A DNA stretch of 62,083 bases, filler included, from Asterionella formosa (Eukaryota): assembly GCA_002256025.1 (NCBI GenBank). It is 28 parts of 28 records of this genome, joined end to end, with 100 filler letters (N's around TTAATTAATTAA, not from the genome) between each part and the next. Parts side by side here need not be neighbours in the genome. Positions count along the whole stretch, not along the records: positions 59,970 to 62,083 come from NKIB01000396.1; 27 more parts are not named here. One strand, given 5' to 3'. This document shows, piece after piece, positions 60,346 to 62,083 of the stretch (its first letter is position 1; each line of letters opens with the position of its first letter). A model generated the notes under the pieces. The model ran no database searches, was not told where the DNA came from, and saw only the letters and a program-made list of their open reading frames with translations. The position numbers and the translations under genes are program-made.

Positions 60346-60738
60346 ATGATAATTGCGGACGACATTCGTGATGGCGAAATCCTTGGCCTCAGAGGTACCA
60401 CCAATGGAAGAAGCTGTGAGCAGCATGCCTGCTGTGGGGCAATTGTGAGGCCGAATGATTGTGTTCGGTTCAAGGCAGCAGTGGTCCCGATTGATGGAGT
60501 TGATCAGGCAGGTATCAAGGCTGTTCTGATCCTTGATGGGACGGAACTTTGCACGGTTGGTTTCCTTGGCAAGAATATTGCAGCTTTGAAGAAAACAAGT
60601 GACAAGTTTGTCAACAAGTTTGCTCAAGTTATTGAACTCTATGACTCTAGTGAAAATGCTGCCAAAAGGGCAAAAAGCCACAATAACCTTGGAGTTTGTT
60701 CATTCCGGCTTCTTGAGGACATCCAGATTCAGGAATAG
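60346..60738 (+). CDS. Small HIRAN-like protein with GRSCEQHxCCG Cys/His motif
   Basis: Intact 130-aa ORF with the pattern ILG...GRSCEQHACCG...VRF...AGIKAV...C.VGFL. Convergent with the transposase. Confidence 0.6.
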   Translation: MIIADDIRDGEILGLRGTTNGRSCEQHACCGAIVRPNDCVRFKAAVVPIDGVDQAGIKAVLILDGTELCTVGFLGKNIAALKKTSDKFVNKFAQVIELYDSSENAAKRAKSHNNLGVCSFRLLEDIQIQE

Positions 60739-60977
60739 ATGTTATGAAAACTGGACAAGCCTTTGAATACTTCAACCAATCTACACTAGAATGTTAATAA
60801 TAGTATTAGAAATTAGCATTTTCAGCATTAGAATCACTCCGTTTTGGGTTTTTTGTAGTCATCAGCTTAATTTATTTGCCTATTAGGAAATGCCATCCTG
60901 AATCTAATTGACGATAATGATTGTTTCACTAAAACTAAATGTTAAAATAGATAATCAAATAATCCAATCCTTATTGA

Positions 60978-62083
60978 CTAGTCAACATCAGCAAAGCCCT
61001 CATATCCAATGCTCTTCCAGGTATTGGTGATTGTTTGAATTGAGACTCTAGCCCATGCCATCTCTACCCATTGTGCAATGTGGTGCCTTTGCACCTTGGG
61101 ATTATCCACATTGGCAACCATGTAGTCTTCCCAATATCCTCTCATGTAGTCCTTGAAGGGCTTATTAACTCCTACATCCAACACTTGAAGTCTAGATGTG
61201 TAGCCTGGGAGGACGAAATCAATCTCAGTGCCGCAATTTTTAATTGCATCAACACAACGTCCTACCTTGTGGACAGTAAAATCATCCATAAGAAGGTGAG
61301 TAGGCTCACCGCCTTTTCCCAACGCAAATGGTTGCCAAACTTTTTCGATCCATTGTAAAAATATGTCTGTATCAACCCAAGCTTTGGGTTGACAAGCGTA
61401 TTTAATACTGACCGGAAAAAGTTGTTGATTGTTGTCTAGTAATCCCAATTGCCTGGAAATACGTCCATCCCTTGTTCCTGTAAATACAATGAATGGTGGC
61501 AACTTCTCACCACTCATTGTCACCCCTAACAACACAGTGCAACGATTCGAATTTCCTGTTGTTCGAAGCCCAATGGTCCTTTCGCCTCGGGTTGCCAAAG
61601 TCTTTGATCCAAACATGTCAAAATTGATGTTTGTCTCATCAATATTGACAATGTTTCCAGCAGGAAATTCGAACGCAGCAATTTGATTGTTGACGTAGGA
61701 AACAAAATCTTGAATTGTCTCCTGATCCAGCCTTGTATTTTGGGCGACACGAGTCACACGCCTAATGACAATGTCCTCACGGGCAAGCCAGCGCTTGATC
61801 CGTTTTTCAAGTGCCTTCAGCGACACATTTTCGTTCCCAGGTTGCCTCTTAAGCTCAACACTGAGCATCCTGGTGGTGCAGGCCCTATCTTGAAGCCGCA
61901 ACTGGTCAAAAAGAGTCTTCAATCCTTCGAAATCAGCAGCACTTTTTGGAGAGCGGCCCGGGTGAGCGATTTTTTTCATCAACACCTGCCTCTGAATCAC
62001 ACCTTCTTCCTGCAGAGGAATCTCCGCCACCTCCGCCGGAACCACAACCATTGCACCATCCAGCATGGACTTCCAGCTCCGGA
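60978..62083 (-). mobile_element. pogo-like (DDE_1) transposase, 5' partial; putative terminus TA|CCGTAAAAC at 60130-60140
   Basis: IVNIDET, RCTVLLG...GEKLPPFIVF, AWVD...W, LLMDDFTVH and GYTSRLQVLDVGVNKPFK motifs in an uninterrupted frame. Confidence 0.93.

Overview
This window is not one locus. It is 28 unrelated contigs of about 2.11-2.13 kb joined by 27 identical artificial 100-bp spacers (44 N + TTAATTAATTAA + 44 N), so gene neighbourhood is only meaningful within a contig. Almost all contigs look like a repeat-rich diatom nuclear genome: a DUF6824 protein, a PPR protein with an ASAFAP-type plastid presequence, CoDi-type copia elements and a CryptonS-like recombinase. Host genes or gene fragments include a PPR protein, DUF6824, an FkbM methyltransferase, PDH E2, an SPX-MFS transporter, PGRL1 (2 copies), MOSC/mARC (2 copies), a secreted heme peroxidase, an S28 Pro-X carboxypeptidase and LRR proteins. 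Transposon pieces include copia, pogo/DDE_1, Harbinger, MULE, Crypton and LINE. One contig (57756-59869) is alphaproteobacterial, with an acyl-CoA dehydrogenase end, terminator, REP, orphan gene and rnpB 3' end. The most interesting signals are: (1) at least seven TA->TACCGGTA insertion differences between homologous contigs, plus nested TA-CC(W)GG-TA arrays upstream of genes, best explained as self-reinforcing pogo/Tc1 excision footprints; (2) a pogo element carrying a convergent HIRAN-like Cys/His gene; (3) a MULE transposase whose two halves lie on convergent strands; (4) a multi-copy non-coding repeat in which splice signals around micro-exons are conserved while exon frame is not. All family assignments are from motif recognition by eye, with no database searches.
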